A stretch of DNA of 64,000 nt from the NCBI GenBank assembly GCA_965655095.1, contig OZ296650.1, positions 119,102,001 to 119,166,000 of the forward strand. The letters run 5' to 3'. Below are positions 24,850 through 36,000 of this stretch, one piece after another. Below the pieces are notes generated by a model. The model did not search any database, was not told where the DNA came from, and saw only the letters and a program-made list of their open reading frames with translations. Origin of the DNA: Haplodiscus bocki (Eukaryota). Position 1 is the stretch's first letter, and each line of letters begins with the position of its first letter. The translations under genes and the position numbers were made by a program.

Positions 24850-25662
24850 ATGGAACATGTGAAACTCCTTCTAGAGTTATGTCAGTCCAAGTGCAATTTA
24901 GTAGGTCAGGCGTCCGCAAGCGATGCCTTGATGTTTGACAATGTTACAGTGGTGCGTGGCCTTGCTTGCAGTTATAAGCTTGGTCATCTGCAGGAGTTAG
25001 CATTCCATTGTACCAATGTGGACCTTTTTAAAGAATCATTCACCAATTGGGGAGAAGAGCAGAGTAATGTAGAATTTCCAGCAACCCTGTTATTAACAGC
25101 TTTAATGCCAACCAAAAATGTTAACGATGTAGATAGTTGGATCAATAGTGCCATTGCACCTATGGAGATAATAGCTGACTCGATTTTATTAGTTGGCACT
25201 GGAAAATGCCTAAACGGTTTCCATTTAGATAACAAACCGCCTACTGAAGTTGTAGCTTCTTTGTTAAGAGGGCGCAAGTTATGGATTTTCGCTACTCGGT
25301 GGTCAAAGTCAGCAGCGCTGTTAGTGAAAAGTTCGGAGAATAACCAATTGCTACAGTTTATTGAGGATATGGTATACGGGGGCTTTAAAAATTTGTTATA
25401 TTGTCTCCAGGAGCCCGGTGACACTATTTGTTTTCCTACCAGAACAGTTCACTTTGTGTTAAGTGTGACCTCTGATAATGGGTGGAACTGTTTGTTGAGT
25501 TATAATATTCGTCACAGTGAGGAGGAGGCTAAAGTATGGGAAACAAACGATCTCAATTGCTGCAGTGCGCAATCGTCGCGCAATGTTCAAGGCGAACGGA
25601 CCAAGCAGTCTGGGGTGACTAAGAAGAGATTCACACCCCGGCGTAGAGTGCAGTCATCATAA
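24850..25662 (+). CDS. JmjC-domain 2-oxoglutarate/Fe(II) dioxygenase, 270 aa, antisense within the provirus
   Basis: GFHLD (HxD), LLRGRKLWIF (GxKxW), CLQEPGDTICFPTRTVHFV (QxPGD...H); basic tail KKRFTPRRR. Confidence 0.88.
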   Translation: MEHVKLLLELCQSKCNLVGQASASDALMFDNVTVVRGLACSYKLGHLQELAFHCTNVDLFKESFTNWGEEQSNVEFPATLLLTALMPTKNVNDVDSWINSAIAPMEIIADSILLVGTGKCLNGFHLDNKPPTEVVASLLRGRKLWIFATRWSKSAALLVKSSENNQLLQFIEDMVYGGFKNLLYCLQEPGDTICFPTRTVHFVLSVTSDNGWNCLLSYNIRHSEEEAKVWETNDLNCCSAQSSRNVQGERTKQSGVTKKRFTPRRRVQSS

Positions 25663-25715
25663 TGGTGAGTAGCACATTTTTTTCCTTTAGATTTACTGCA
25701 TCTAAGCTTTTCATT

Positions 25716-25992
25716 TATACCCTATTGTGTCGCAGTTGTTGTGGGCTGCGTGTTGAGCTATTTCTTTTGAAGAGTTGTCCGATGAAGTTTTAAGGTTCGC
25801 AGTGGCACAAGTTGGGAAGGTCGTGTCTTTTGGAAGTTTTTATTCATTTCATCTTTCTTCTAATGTACTCTGGTGTGCTGTACTGCTTTTGTATATACCC
25901 CATCGTGTTTTAGAGGTTATAGGCTGCGTGTTGAGCTATTTTGTTTGAAAAGTTGTCCTATGGTGTATTAAACTTCGCAGTGGCATAAGTTG
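25716..25992. repeat. Diverged ~100-bp direct repeat, period ~178 bp
   Basis: GGCTGCGTGTTGAGCTATTT...AGTTGTCC...TTCGCAGTGGCA at about 25744 and 25922. Confidence 0.8.
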
Positions 25993-26236
25993 TCGTACTG
26001 AAATTGCTTGTGTTTTCTTTGTCATTTTTGCACTTCAGATTTTCTTTGTGCACTTGTCTAAAAGCCTGTCTTTGATCCTAATTTGTAGAAAATTTTCATT
26101 CCGTAGTTTTCCCGGTGTTTCTTTTGGGCAGAAGTGTTAGAGTTTGTTTGAAAAATTCAGTCAAATTGATCAAAGTTTGGGTTTTCATTTATCTTCTTTT
26201 TTTGTGCTTGTGTTCTGGCTAGTTTTTGTGGTTGCG

Positions 26237-29200
26237 TCAGTATTTGGTTTTAGGGATTGAAGCGACTAGTTTTGGAGGTAAGCATACTGTTATATTCACA
26301 GCCGAGCCTTTGAAAGTTTGTTGCAAAGTTTTGTGCACTACTTGCCATTGGAGGTTGTCAAGTCCACATCCGGGTCTTGGTAGACGAGTATGGTGGACTC
26401 TGTTGTGTTCAGCATGATTTCTCATCAACTGGAGGCCCATTATTAACGATTCGTCGAATGGTTTTTGGAAGAACTCGAATTTTGTCACCAAATTGTAGAT
26501 CCAACGTCTTGAATTTTTGTCGTGGTAGGCAAAAACTGACCCGGGGGTGAGATTGTTTGATGCTTTTTGTTTAATTTGTGGGTAAAGTTGGTTAAATTTT
26601 GCTGCTATTCCTGCTCCCATATGGAAGTCAGACGAAACGCAGTGTCCCATGCCGTAATTTTTACTAAAATGTTTTTCTGTGACAATTCTGATGTTCCGCC
26701 GTGTGTCATCTTCAATTGCATTTAAATCTAGGCGTTGTTTCTTTTTGTTGGATCCACTTTGTTGCGCGCCTATTCGTTGTACCAATTGCATCTCCTGGCG
26801 TTCCTTACGGCGATTATTAAGGAGGTCAACAAATTTATTAGCTTCTTTTCTGTCGCCCCGGGATGTTCGTTTGGTTGATTGCGTCTTCCTAAATTGTTTT
26901 CCTGCTGCATCGAAGAATCGGAAATCTTGGTATCTATTTTGGTTTTGATCTTGTTTTCTCTCTGAACGCCTGAACGGTTCTGTTGGTTCTACGGACTCAT
27001 CTGATTCTTCCGACGAGTCTGGAGTTTGTGTTTGTCTAAGGTGTTCGGGTGGTGTTAGTAATCGTATAGGCGCTAGCGTTGGATTGAGCCCTGGGTTTTC
27101 TGGTGGTACTACTACTGCTGCTGCAAAAGCTGGGGCTGATGGCTGTACGATTGTTCCAAACGATATAGAGACTCTAACTGGGCTATCAAAGTTTGTAGTA
27201 GTGGATGATGGTACTTGGTCTTCTTCGTTTTCCAAAAATGTTGGGAGACCTTTGTCGAAGTAGTCCTGCTCACCCCTATATTTGCCCAACTGTGGGTCTG
27301 TTTCAAATTTTTGTGGATCAATATCTGGAATATCGTCAATGGGGTATTGTGGGGTGATTGGTCTAAGTCTAATTCTGTGGACAATTTGTGTAAAATTCAT
27401 TCCCACTTTCCAAATCAAGTAGTTGGAGTCTTTTAGTACTTCCTAAATACGGTACAATGCTAACCCTTTTTAAATTAATTTCGGACTGAACGCAGGCTGT
27501 TCAGTCAATTTCGGATTCAAGAGTAAGCAAAACGTTTGTTCTTTTAATGGGTTTGCTCTTGCTTTTTGGTCATAATATCGTCGGTAACGAGCAAATGATT
27601 TTGCTAGGCTTTCTCTCGCATTCGAGAACTTGTTTAGCATTTCATCTCGGAGCGATTCCACAAAAGCATATTTGAATGCCGATTTCTGAATACATTTGCA
27701 GTAGAATCTCAAATCCAAGGTTTCCATTGGTTCTCTACCATGAAATAGGACTGTAGGTGAGCATCCAATCGATGTATGGTACGACGTGTTGTGGATGAAA
27801 GTTGCCAATGGTACGTATTTGTGCCAATTCGTGAAAGCTTGATTGCTATTCAGTCTCAAGATACGGGCCAAAGCTGCATGTGACCTTTTTACTACCCCTA
27901 TGGTTTTTAGGTGTTTTAGAGAAGCATGTGAGATTTCAAACTCCAATAGTTTTGTAAGTTCGTGTAGAAGTTCTGAGACAAACTGGGTTCCCAAATCCGG
28001 CATGATTTCTTTGGGGATATAGCTGTGGTTGAACAATATAGAAACTAGTGCTGAGGTTACTGTTGAATCACTCACCGTCGTCAACGGTACTGCAAACAAG
28101 TTTTTGGAGAAAACATCATTGGCTGTCAGAATATTTTTGTAAGGTGTCGTAGGATATGCTCCCATAATGTCTATTTGTAATATGTCTCCCGGAAGAGATG
28201 TTGTTGTGGTGATCTCTTGTAAAGGTGGTTTCAATCTAGATTGCTGAACTTGTTTAAACTGAAGGCACGAGGAACAGTTTTTGATATAGTCTGCAATCTT
28301 CTCAATGTAGTTTGGCTAGTAGTTCTAAATTCCGCAATTGTCCTGGTTATTCCCAGGTGTCCGCCTGTTGGTGAATTATGGATTCGATACAATGTTTCTC
28401 GCAGCATATCTTATAGAGGGTGGTACCATCGTGGTTATATTATCTACGTTTCAATTTTGCTTTATCAATTAGTAGTCTCGGGATTTGTTTTAGATATTTT
28501 TGTTCATCTCCTGTTGGGTATATGTTGTTGGTGAGCATGTTGCCGTCCGTTTTCCACTTTTTCACCTTTGTCAACAATTGATCAATTTGTAGTTCATTCT
28601 GAAATTGAGCCATCGTCATTTCAAGTTCCGTGTAGGTATCCATTGGGTTTGGTAGTTTGGTCGCGTTAAGTGCTTCTTTGTGAGCTGTGTATCTAATTAG
28701 CTTCATATCAGTACCATGCTCAGTAATGCCTTTGAGTCGTTGTGACGTTTGTGCGTAATTTCCAGATTGCTTCAGTGTTATCAAAGTATTTATGTCTACA
28801 ACTTGTAGCAATTCGTCCGGAAAATCATCTGCGAAGAGTTCATTGATTGTGTTGTCTGGCAATATTGCTTGGACATCTTTTTCTATTTCTCTAGTAGGTA
28901 TACGGTCGGTAAATTTAAGTTCAATTATTTCATTCGGGTTAGATTGCAGACGCGACCAAAAATCTGCCGCTGCATTTGCTTTTCCTGGTATATGGGCAAC
29001 TACTATGTTGAAGGCAGTTACTCTGTCTACGTAATTCCAAAGTGATGGAGGTATTGTTTTATCTCGGAAGAATCGGGATAGGTTTTTGTTGTCCGTTATT
29101 ATCAGCACTGGTTTATCGATTCCCCAAATAAAATGTGATAAGGTCTCTAATGCAAAGTAGAGCGATAGGAATTCTTCACATTATATTGACATTTTCAGTT

Positions 29201-31400
29201 GTGCCGTGTTGAATACTTTGGAGCCAAATGAGACAGGTGCATATGATTTAACTGATTCTCCTTGTTCGTTCTTTACGTAGTCTTCAATCATTAGCACAAA
29301 ACTACTGGAATAGTAACTGGCATCACATAGGATTGCATACTGTAAGCCTGGTTTGGCCATTCGGAGAGCTTGGGCTGCTGTCGTTTGTAGTTCCTCTTTT
29401 AGTGTATAAAACACTTTTAGTATTTCCTCCGTAAGTTCAAATGAGACAGTCTTACGGAGAAGATTGTAAACTGGTATCAATTGCTCGCTGAATTTCGGGA
29501 TGATGTTTCTGAAGAACTGGAGAAATTCTATTAGTCTCTTCATTTGTTTGACCGATTTTGGTACCTCAAGTGTACGTAGGAATTTTTCAATCTTTTCTTT
29601 TTCTGGTTTAAGGCCTTCTTTTGTGATAACATTGCCAAGAAAATTAACTTGCTCAGAACCGAAAACACATTTTTCTGCTGACAACATAAGTCCCGATTTA
29701 CGGAGGCATTAGAAAAGTTCTCTGACATAGAGGAGAAGTTGTTCTGGGGAGTCTACTCCACATCCAATGTCGTCCATGTGTTGAGTGCAGATATTAGCAG
29801 AAAGGCATGGTTCCAGGTAATTGCGTACAAATGCATTGAATCCTGTTACTGCTCTATTTAATCCTCTAGCTAATCTTTGGTAGGCCATGGTACTTGAAGC
29901 AAAATTGAAAGCAAGTAATTGCACTGAAAATGGGTCTGCCATTTGTATACAGTGGTATGTTTGAGAGCAATCAAGCTTGCAGAATAGTGACTTCCCTGCG
30001 AAGTGAGCTGTCGTGTCGGCCATTGTGGATATAGGGAACTTGTTTTTATGATAATCGTGGAGGAGGAAAAGATTTATTCGACGTAAATCAACTAAAATTC
30101 TGAGTTCTCCATTGGTTTTGCGATGGGCAAAGATTGGACTTCCATACTTCGAATGGTTGAGGCTTGTTATTATCCCAATGTATTGAAGTAGAGCAAGTTG
30201 AACTTGTAGTTCTTCGCGTAGATGAAAAGGTTTTGGGGGACTCTGTGTATAGGCCGGTTGGACATGTTCAGGTGTAAGTTTCATAATAATCTCGGAGTTG
30301 TAGCCAACATCGAATCTATGTTTGGCGAAAATATCTGACAATTCAACTAACAGTTCTTCAACTTGTTGTTTCTGTGCCTCATTAAGTACTGAGGATTTCC
30401 ATTTGAATCTTTGTAGGAATTTCGTTCGATAGCTTTGATTAGTTTGCGGATCAATTTGCTCCAACTCTTGGAGTTTTAATAACTCGTCATATAATCGTTT
30501 CTCAACACCTTGCAATCGTTTGGGGGTGTTTGCAAGTTTCCGGCTTTGGGAACCAAAATGTTTTGTTTTCTGGTTTGGGTCTAGGTGGTTGAGAGTCTAG
30601 GTTGAATGCTTCATCAATAATTAACTGGTTTATTTCCTTGGCGAAGTCATCTGGGTTTATAGATTTAATTAAAGTTAGTAGTTGGGGTTCAATTGGGGTC
30701 AACGTGTCTGCTTGTTGTGGTGAAAGGAAATTAAAAAACGCAATGTCCGAATTTCGTGGTTTTGTGATTTCAATATTTTGTAAGTTCAAAGCGGAAAGAT
30801 ACAAATATCCATTGGGGTCTGTTCTGGATAAAGATGACGTGATGCACAGTCCCGTCTTGTCTTCAAAACTCAATTTTGGTCCCAATATGCCACAGACATC
30901 AGTAAGTATCTTATTTGTTATTAGACCACATCTAGGCGTTGTTTGTTGATTTGGGGCAATCATTATTCTTTCCAATGTTTGCATTGCATATTGTGGTTTG
31001 GCTTGTTTTTCTGTTCGATTTGGCTGTATTTCGTTTAACTGAAGTGTGATGTCTGGGAGTTTCATGAGGTTTTCTTTAGGGTACAATTTCATGGAGTTGT
31101 TGTTGAAAAACGGATTTCCCAGTATAATACTATTCATATGTGGCAAGACTAAAAATTTTTCTTTAAACGAATGTTTTCCTATGGAGATTGTCAATTCAAT
31201 TTGGCCACGCGCAGGTATAAGTTGCCCTGAAGCTAATTTGACTTTATTTACCTCTGAAGGTGATGGGAGTTGAGTTCCAAAGGGTTCTAATTCCTGGTAA
31301 TCTTTCTCACTAAATGCATTTGCACAGGCACCAGTATCGATTAAATATTTTTTCTGTTGGTTTGTTGAGAATTTCAAGGGAACATATGAAAGGCTGTCTC
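26237..31400 (-). pseudogene. pol: pol: protease, RT, RNase H, integrase, linker, macrodomain (multiple stops and frameshifts)
   Basis: LIDTGA; LRILVDLR, KLDCSQ, HMDD; LCDAS, IITDNK; HNSPTGGH/CSSC, QIDIMG, DLGTQF, VVKRSH (catalytic E replaced by K). Confidence 0.96.
26279..26695 (-). CDS. TARG1/OARD1-type macrodomain at the Pol C-terminus
   Basis: HCVSSDFHMGAGIAAKF, IYNLVTK, LPRPGCGLDNLQW, NITV parallel recalled TARG1 HCISEDCRMGAGIAVLF, IYYLITK, MPRIGCGLDRLQW, KITV. Confidence 0.92.
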
Positions 31401-31539
31401 CTTCCAGTGATATACATGCTGTTATTCCGTTCTCCCGAGTCGCTTGTGCTTCCTGTGGTCCACGAGCATGCTGGCGTGGCCTTATTCGTTTTTTGGTGCT
31501 GCTTGGTAAAGGAACTGTTGATTTCTGTATGCCGGTTTC

Positions 31540-32642
31540 CTCTGGTTGCAGTCTCTTGCATAATGGTTTGGCTATCCAAAAGTATAACAGATTTGCTTTG
31601 AGTAGCCAGTCTGCGCGATATGTCCATTATTTGACGACTCTTGTATTCCTGGGTTGTTGAATTGGTTGTAGTTTATGCGGCAGTAGCCTCTGTTGTTGTT
31701 GAATCGTCCGCGTCCTCTGTTAAAATTTCCACGTCCTCTAAATTCTCGTGGGTTGTTAATACTATTGTTTCCTCTATAGTACTGCTGTTGGTTATTTCTG
31801 GTGTAGTTCTGGTTTGTTGTCTGGATGTCGTTCAGTGAACTGATTCTGGTCGAGAGGTCATTCTGTTGTTGTTTCAGTTCTTCTTGCTGTTGTGTGAGGT
31901 TTGTTAGTGATCCAACCACATTTTCTGAAAGTGATGAACTCACCTCATTGAATGCATCTCTTGACCAATCGTCACTTGGGCATAGCTCAAGGAATACCAT
32001 CTGTCGTCTTGCCACTGTACATAAATCCTGTACGGTCGCCGTTTCATGCTGGTCCAATAATTTTCTCTTAATGAAGTTTAGCATTGCGATTGTTAAAAAT
32101 TCTTTTATTCGTCTGTTTCTTTCAATCATAGCGTTATCCAAAATGATTTGGTTAGCTGCCTGGGCTGCTGCAACTCTACTTATTTCTCCTTGGTCATTTG
32201 GTGGGTTCGCTGGTGGTATAGGAGGGAATACTGGGTTAGGGTAGGCTTGTGCTGATTAATTTTGTGTTTGAACCAAGAAGTACTCCGGGTTGCCAGTTTT
32301 GTGGTCAAGTTTCAGATTTTGAAGTTGCAGTTTCTGTAACTCCCTGAAGTTGTGGTAACAATAGTGCTTTCTGAGGGCTGTAATGGATAGATCAAAGTTA
32401 TCTCTTGTTGCTTGCGGTAGATTTCGAAAGAATTGTAATGCTTGGTCTAGTAGATGAAGTTGGAGGAATTGTAGTTGGTTTGCTACTGCAATGTTTCCAA
32501 AGTTGATTAAACTTCTGAGTAGGCTTTCAAAACCTGGCCAGTTTTCATCTGGTTTTCCACGGAACGGGTTGAGGGTGATGTGTGGTCGAGGGTTTGCTGC
32601 CGTTTCGATTTGAAGTTGTCCTAACTTCCTTCCTGGCACCAT
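31540..32642 (-). pseudogene. gag: gag with RG/N-rich region and degenerate zinc knuckle
   Basis: PFRGKPDENW...LQLHLLDQALQFF; CYTFG*PNHYARDC. Confidence 0.9.
32631..32641 (-). promoter_or_regulatory. Primer-binding site TGGTGCCAGGA (tRNA-Leu-like)
   Basis: Directly abuts the CA end of the 5' LTR; complementary to a tRNA 3' end TCCTGGCACCA; tRNA identity is inferred. Confidence 0.75.
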
Positions 32643-33016
32643 GTCTACTTTTTGGGCTGATACTAGTTTGAGATCTCTTTGTTTTAGTTTTTCTTCAGAG
32701 CGGGGCGTGAGGAAGACTTTACAGAAACAACTTTATTATCGATCGTTTACAGTCAACTATTCAATAGAGGCCCAATTCTCCTTTCATTTCGAAGTCACTC
32801 ATGCGGATATTGAGGGGGTCAATTGTAAATTATTTTAATGGCTTTTTATTGTTCCGGATATTACTATTTTCCGGTTCGGGGTTGGGTTTTCTTTTACTAT
32901 AGATAGATAGCTCTATTCTAATTTTAGGTTGTAATTTTAAATTGGTGGGTTTCTTTCTTATCTACAATTAGCGCCAATACATGAAATTTGCATACTAATA
33001 TTCAAAGAATGTTACA
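32642..33016 (-). repeat. 5' LTR
   Basis: TG...CA termini; aligns to 20731-21107. Confidence 0.96.
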
Positions 33017-33099
33017 AGGAGCGAACTAGCTGGAAAAATTAGTTCGCTAATGGAGAAAAAAGAGCAGCAGTAAAAAGCCTAAAACACTACTCACTAATC

Positions 33100-36000
33100 A
33101 CTCACTACACTGCCATTGTTAGTCTATCATTAGAGTTCGTGTAGGAACCCGTAGCCGCGCGGAGGGTTATATTTTTCCATCAAACCTAGCCTCAGGTTGC
33201 CCGCAAGAGCGCAGGAAGTTACACAAGAACGTAAAATTCTCAAGTTGGGTAGATAAAACATTGTGCTGCAAAAACCCAAGGCATTGAAATTTTTGAAGTT
33301 TTGCGCAAAGGACCGCGGCCCGCTGCAGCTACCGCGGGCCACCTCCAGAGAATGACAGTTAAGGTCTTCATCACGAATGCTCTGACTGAACTACTAAGAA
33401 ATGATTTTTGAGAAAAACACCGGAATTCCAATGCTCTCGACAGGTGAGACTGTGGTGAACAACTTCTCCTCTGAGCTTCTGAAATTTCTGGGAAAAAGCT
33501 GTCACCAAAATTTTAGCTGCATCGTTGATGCTTCAAGCGTCTTTTTCGTGCAGTATCTCGTACGTTATGGATCCTTTTCAGAAAAATGGTCTGGTCGCCA
33601 ATCTGGCTTTGTACGTGCCAGTAATTGTTATAAGATTCCACGCTTGTATCACAAAGCAGAGCAATACAGAAAATACTGCTGCAACAGTTTCTAGAAAGTC
33701 AAAACCTGAAGAATAGGAGAACGTTAAGGCCAGGAAAGAAGCATTTTTATGCTGATTTAACTGTTTTTTTGTGGAAAAAAAGTGAAAACTGCAGCTTCCT
33801 CTTATCATTGTTCTATCGATATAACTTGATCAGTTTTTGGTCCGCAAAGCGTCAGATTCCAGCTCCCAACTAATGAAAACCATGAAGCCTCAATTTCACA
33901 GTAGTCAGGAAAAACTTACTTGTCAGTCCGTTTGTAACAAATGGAAAGTTCGGTTCCGTGGTCATGGAGGGCGGTTGTACAGTTGGATGGTCGCTGAATT
34001 CGAAATGTTTTTCTTTTGGAACTTACTGGCCACTTCTGTTGAGCTTAGAAGGACTTTTATACATCGCGCAATTTTCTGGGAGAGGCACCCTCAAACAATG
34101 TTGAGGGTCTGTGAGTTCTTAAGGGAACTAAGTTCTGTTAGGCTTCATAGTTTCAGCATTTTAGCACTTCCGTCCAGAAGATCACACTGCTCTCAAGATC
34201 TTTTGATGAATATGTCCTCAGGTATTGTTCGGACAAAGTAAATGCCTTCGATTCGTTCCCATTATAACAGTCTCGGTTGAAGAATAATAAAAGGTTGAAA
34301 TCTACTTTTTGGTGAGACCACCAAAGTTTCTTCTTCAAGGTTTTAACTTGAGTGGGTTTTGGTCAATCTCCCAGTTTAAGTTTGTCACAATTCAGGTAGA
34401 AGACAATTGGTGTAGCGCTAAGGTTTAAAGTAAATAAATAATTTGACTGCATGTCAAAATTGCTGGTCAAACAAGCTAACTGACCAGTCAGTGTCAAGGT
34501 CACATCATTACCTTGATGGTTGATGGAAATGAGCAACCGGCAATTTTATGACAAACAACATACTGCAATTTGATGTTGATTAACGCTCGCTCAGTTAAGA
34601 AACCCAACGCTGTTTTCCATTTACACACTGACCTTGCTGCACAATCTATAGACTGGTGTTTTGTCACGGAACCGTGGCTAAATTCTGATATCGACGATAT
34701 TTTCATCTCAATTCCAATTTACAATCTCTTTCGCTGTGACAGATCCGCAAAAAACTCATAAAAGAACCATGGAGGTGGGGTATGTTCCTATGTTTGGAGC
34801 AATTTCTTATGTACCCAGATATACCCTCAAGACAATGAGCAATTCGAAGTATTGGGGTTAGAAACCGATATTATGAGTCTGTGTGCTCTTATTTATGTTG
34901 TCTACTACCCACCCTTTTGCGATTGTGACAAGGATCTGTGTGCATATTTGATTCAGGCCAACGAACATCTCTGCCTCGCAAAAAACTACTGGCAGTTTAT
35001 TACGTGTGGTGATTTCAATGATTTTGCACCGACAATGTAATTGCTGAGTGCAACTTGACGCAGATCAATTTTGAACCCACACATCACAATAAAGTTCTCG
35101 ACAAAGTTTTAGTTTCTTGCCCATGGAATATATCGACAGTTCAAACCGCTGATCCGACTGTTTCAACAGACCACGATTCAGTATTATGTTCTTTGCAGAT
35201 TCCCAAGAATGGAAAAAGAGTCTTCTCTTTCAGAGACCAACGTGAAAGTTGCCGTCAAATGTGTTACAAACTTCTTCGTGATGCGAATTATAACTGTGTG
35301 TACAGATCAATGGATCCCAACGAAGCTCTGTGTCAACTAAATTCTATCATGTATTCCGCATTTCAAATCTCCCGTCCAACTCGCCAAGTGACTGTCCGTG
35401 ATCGAGATCCGATCTACGTTATCGCTGCCGTCAAACTGCTAATAAAACAGCGAAACAAACAATTACGCAAACAAAATGCAGCTAAAGTTAAGGACTTGAA
35501 CGAACGTATTCAAAAAATGGTTTAGAAGATCTGCCGAACTCTCGATAAAGTTGGCTCCCGCAACTGGTGGACACATATCAAAAGTCTTTCGAAACATAAA
35601 CAACCTGCTTTGCCTGTCGACGCTGATGTGAATAACCTAAATCGGTATTTCAGTTCGTTTCCACATGACCCTAACGTCCAGCCACATTTAGAAGAAATTG
35701 AATTTCCAACAAAGGAAATCCCCTCTTTTTACCCTCTAGAGGTTTATCATCATCTGAAGAAACAAAAACAGACGTCACACGAATCTAGTGTTCCTCCCTT
35801 TTCGATATTTACCTACGCAGCTGAAACTTTAGCAGAACCCATTTGCTCGTTGTTCAATCTTATCTTACTCTCACGCACTGTCCCTGACTTTTTCAAGATA
35901 TCTAATGTTAGACCTAACCCAAAAGTCGCTCGACCAACACTCCGAATCATTTTTGACCAATCGCAGTAACTCCAATATTGTCGAGGTTATTTGAAAGCTT

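Larger units (their letters stand above)
20731..33016 (-). mobile_element. Full-length Ty3/gypsy LTR provirus with env and accessory cargo (errantivirus-like architecture), inactivated
   Basis: Two ~376-bp TG...CA LTRs; identical 5-bp TSD AGGAG at 20726-20730 and 33017-33021; PBS; order gag-PR-RT-RH-IN; env. Confidence 0.97.

Noticed and set aside
24984-25424. 146-aa minus-strand ORF overlapping JmjC, and similar shadow ORFs opposite pol, LINE and Polinton genes
   Set aside because: No motifs; explained as antisense shadows of real coding sequence.
24850-25662. JmjC ORF as a host-domesticated gene
   Set aside because: Its open length is comparable to surviving pol fragments, so selection after insertion is not demonstrated.
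32600-32642. gag ATG formed by the LTR/PBS junction (MVPGRK...)
   Set aside because: CA+TGG creates an ATG automatically at such junctions; the real start may be a mutated codon just downstream (ACG GCA GCA).
33130-33200. KYNPPRGYGFL resembling a cold-shock-domain RNP1 motif
   Set aside because: A stop follows three residues later, there is no RNP2, and it is antisense to the probable LINE 5' region; likely chance.
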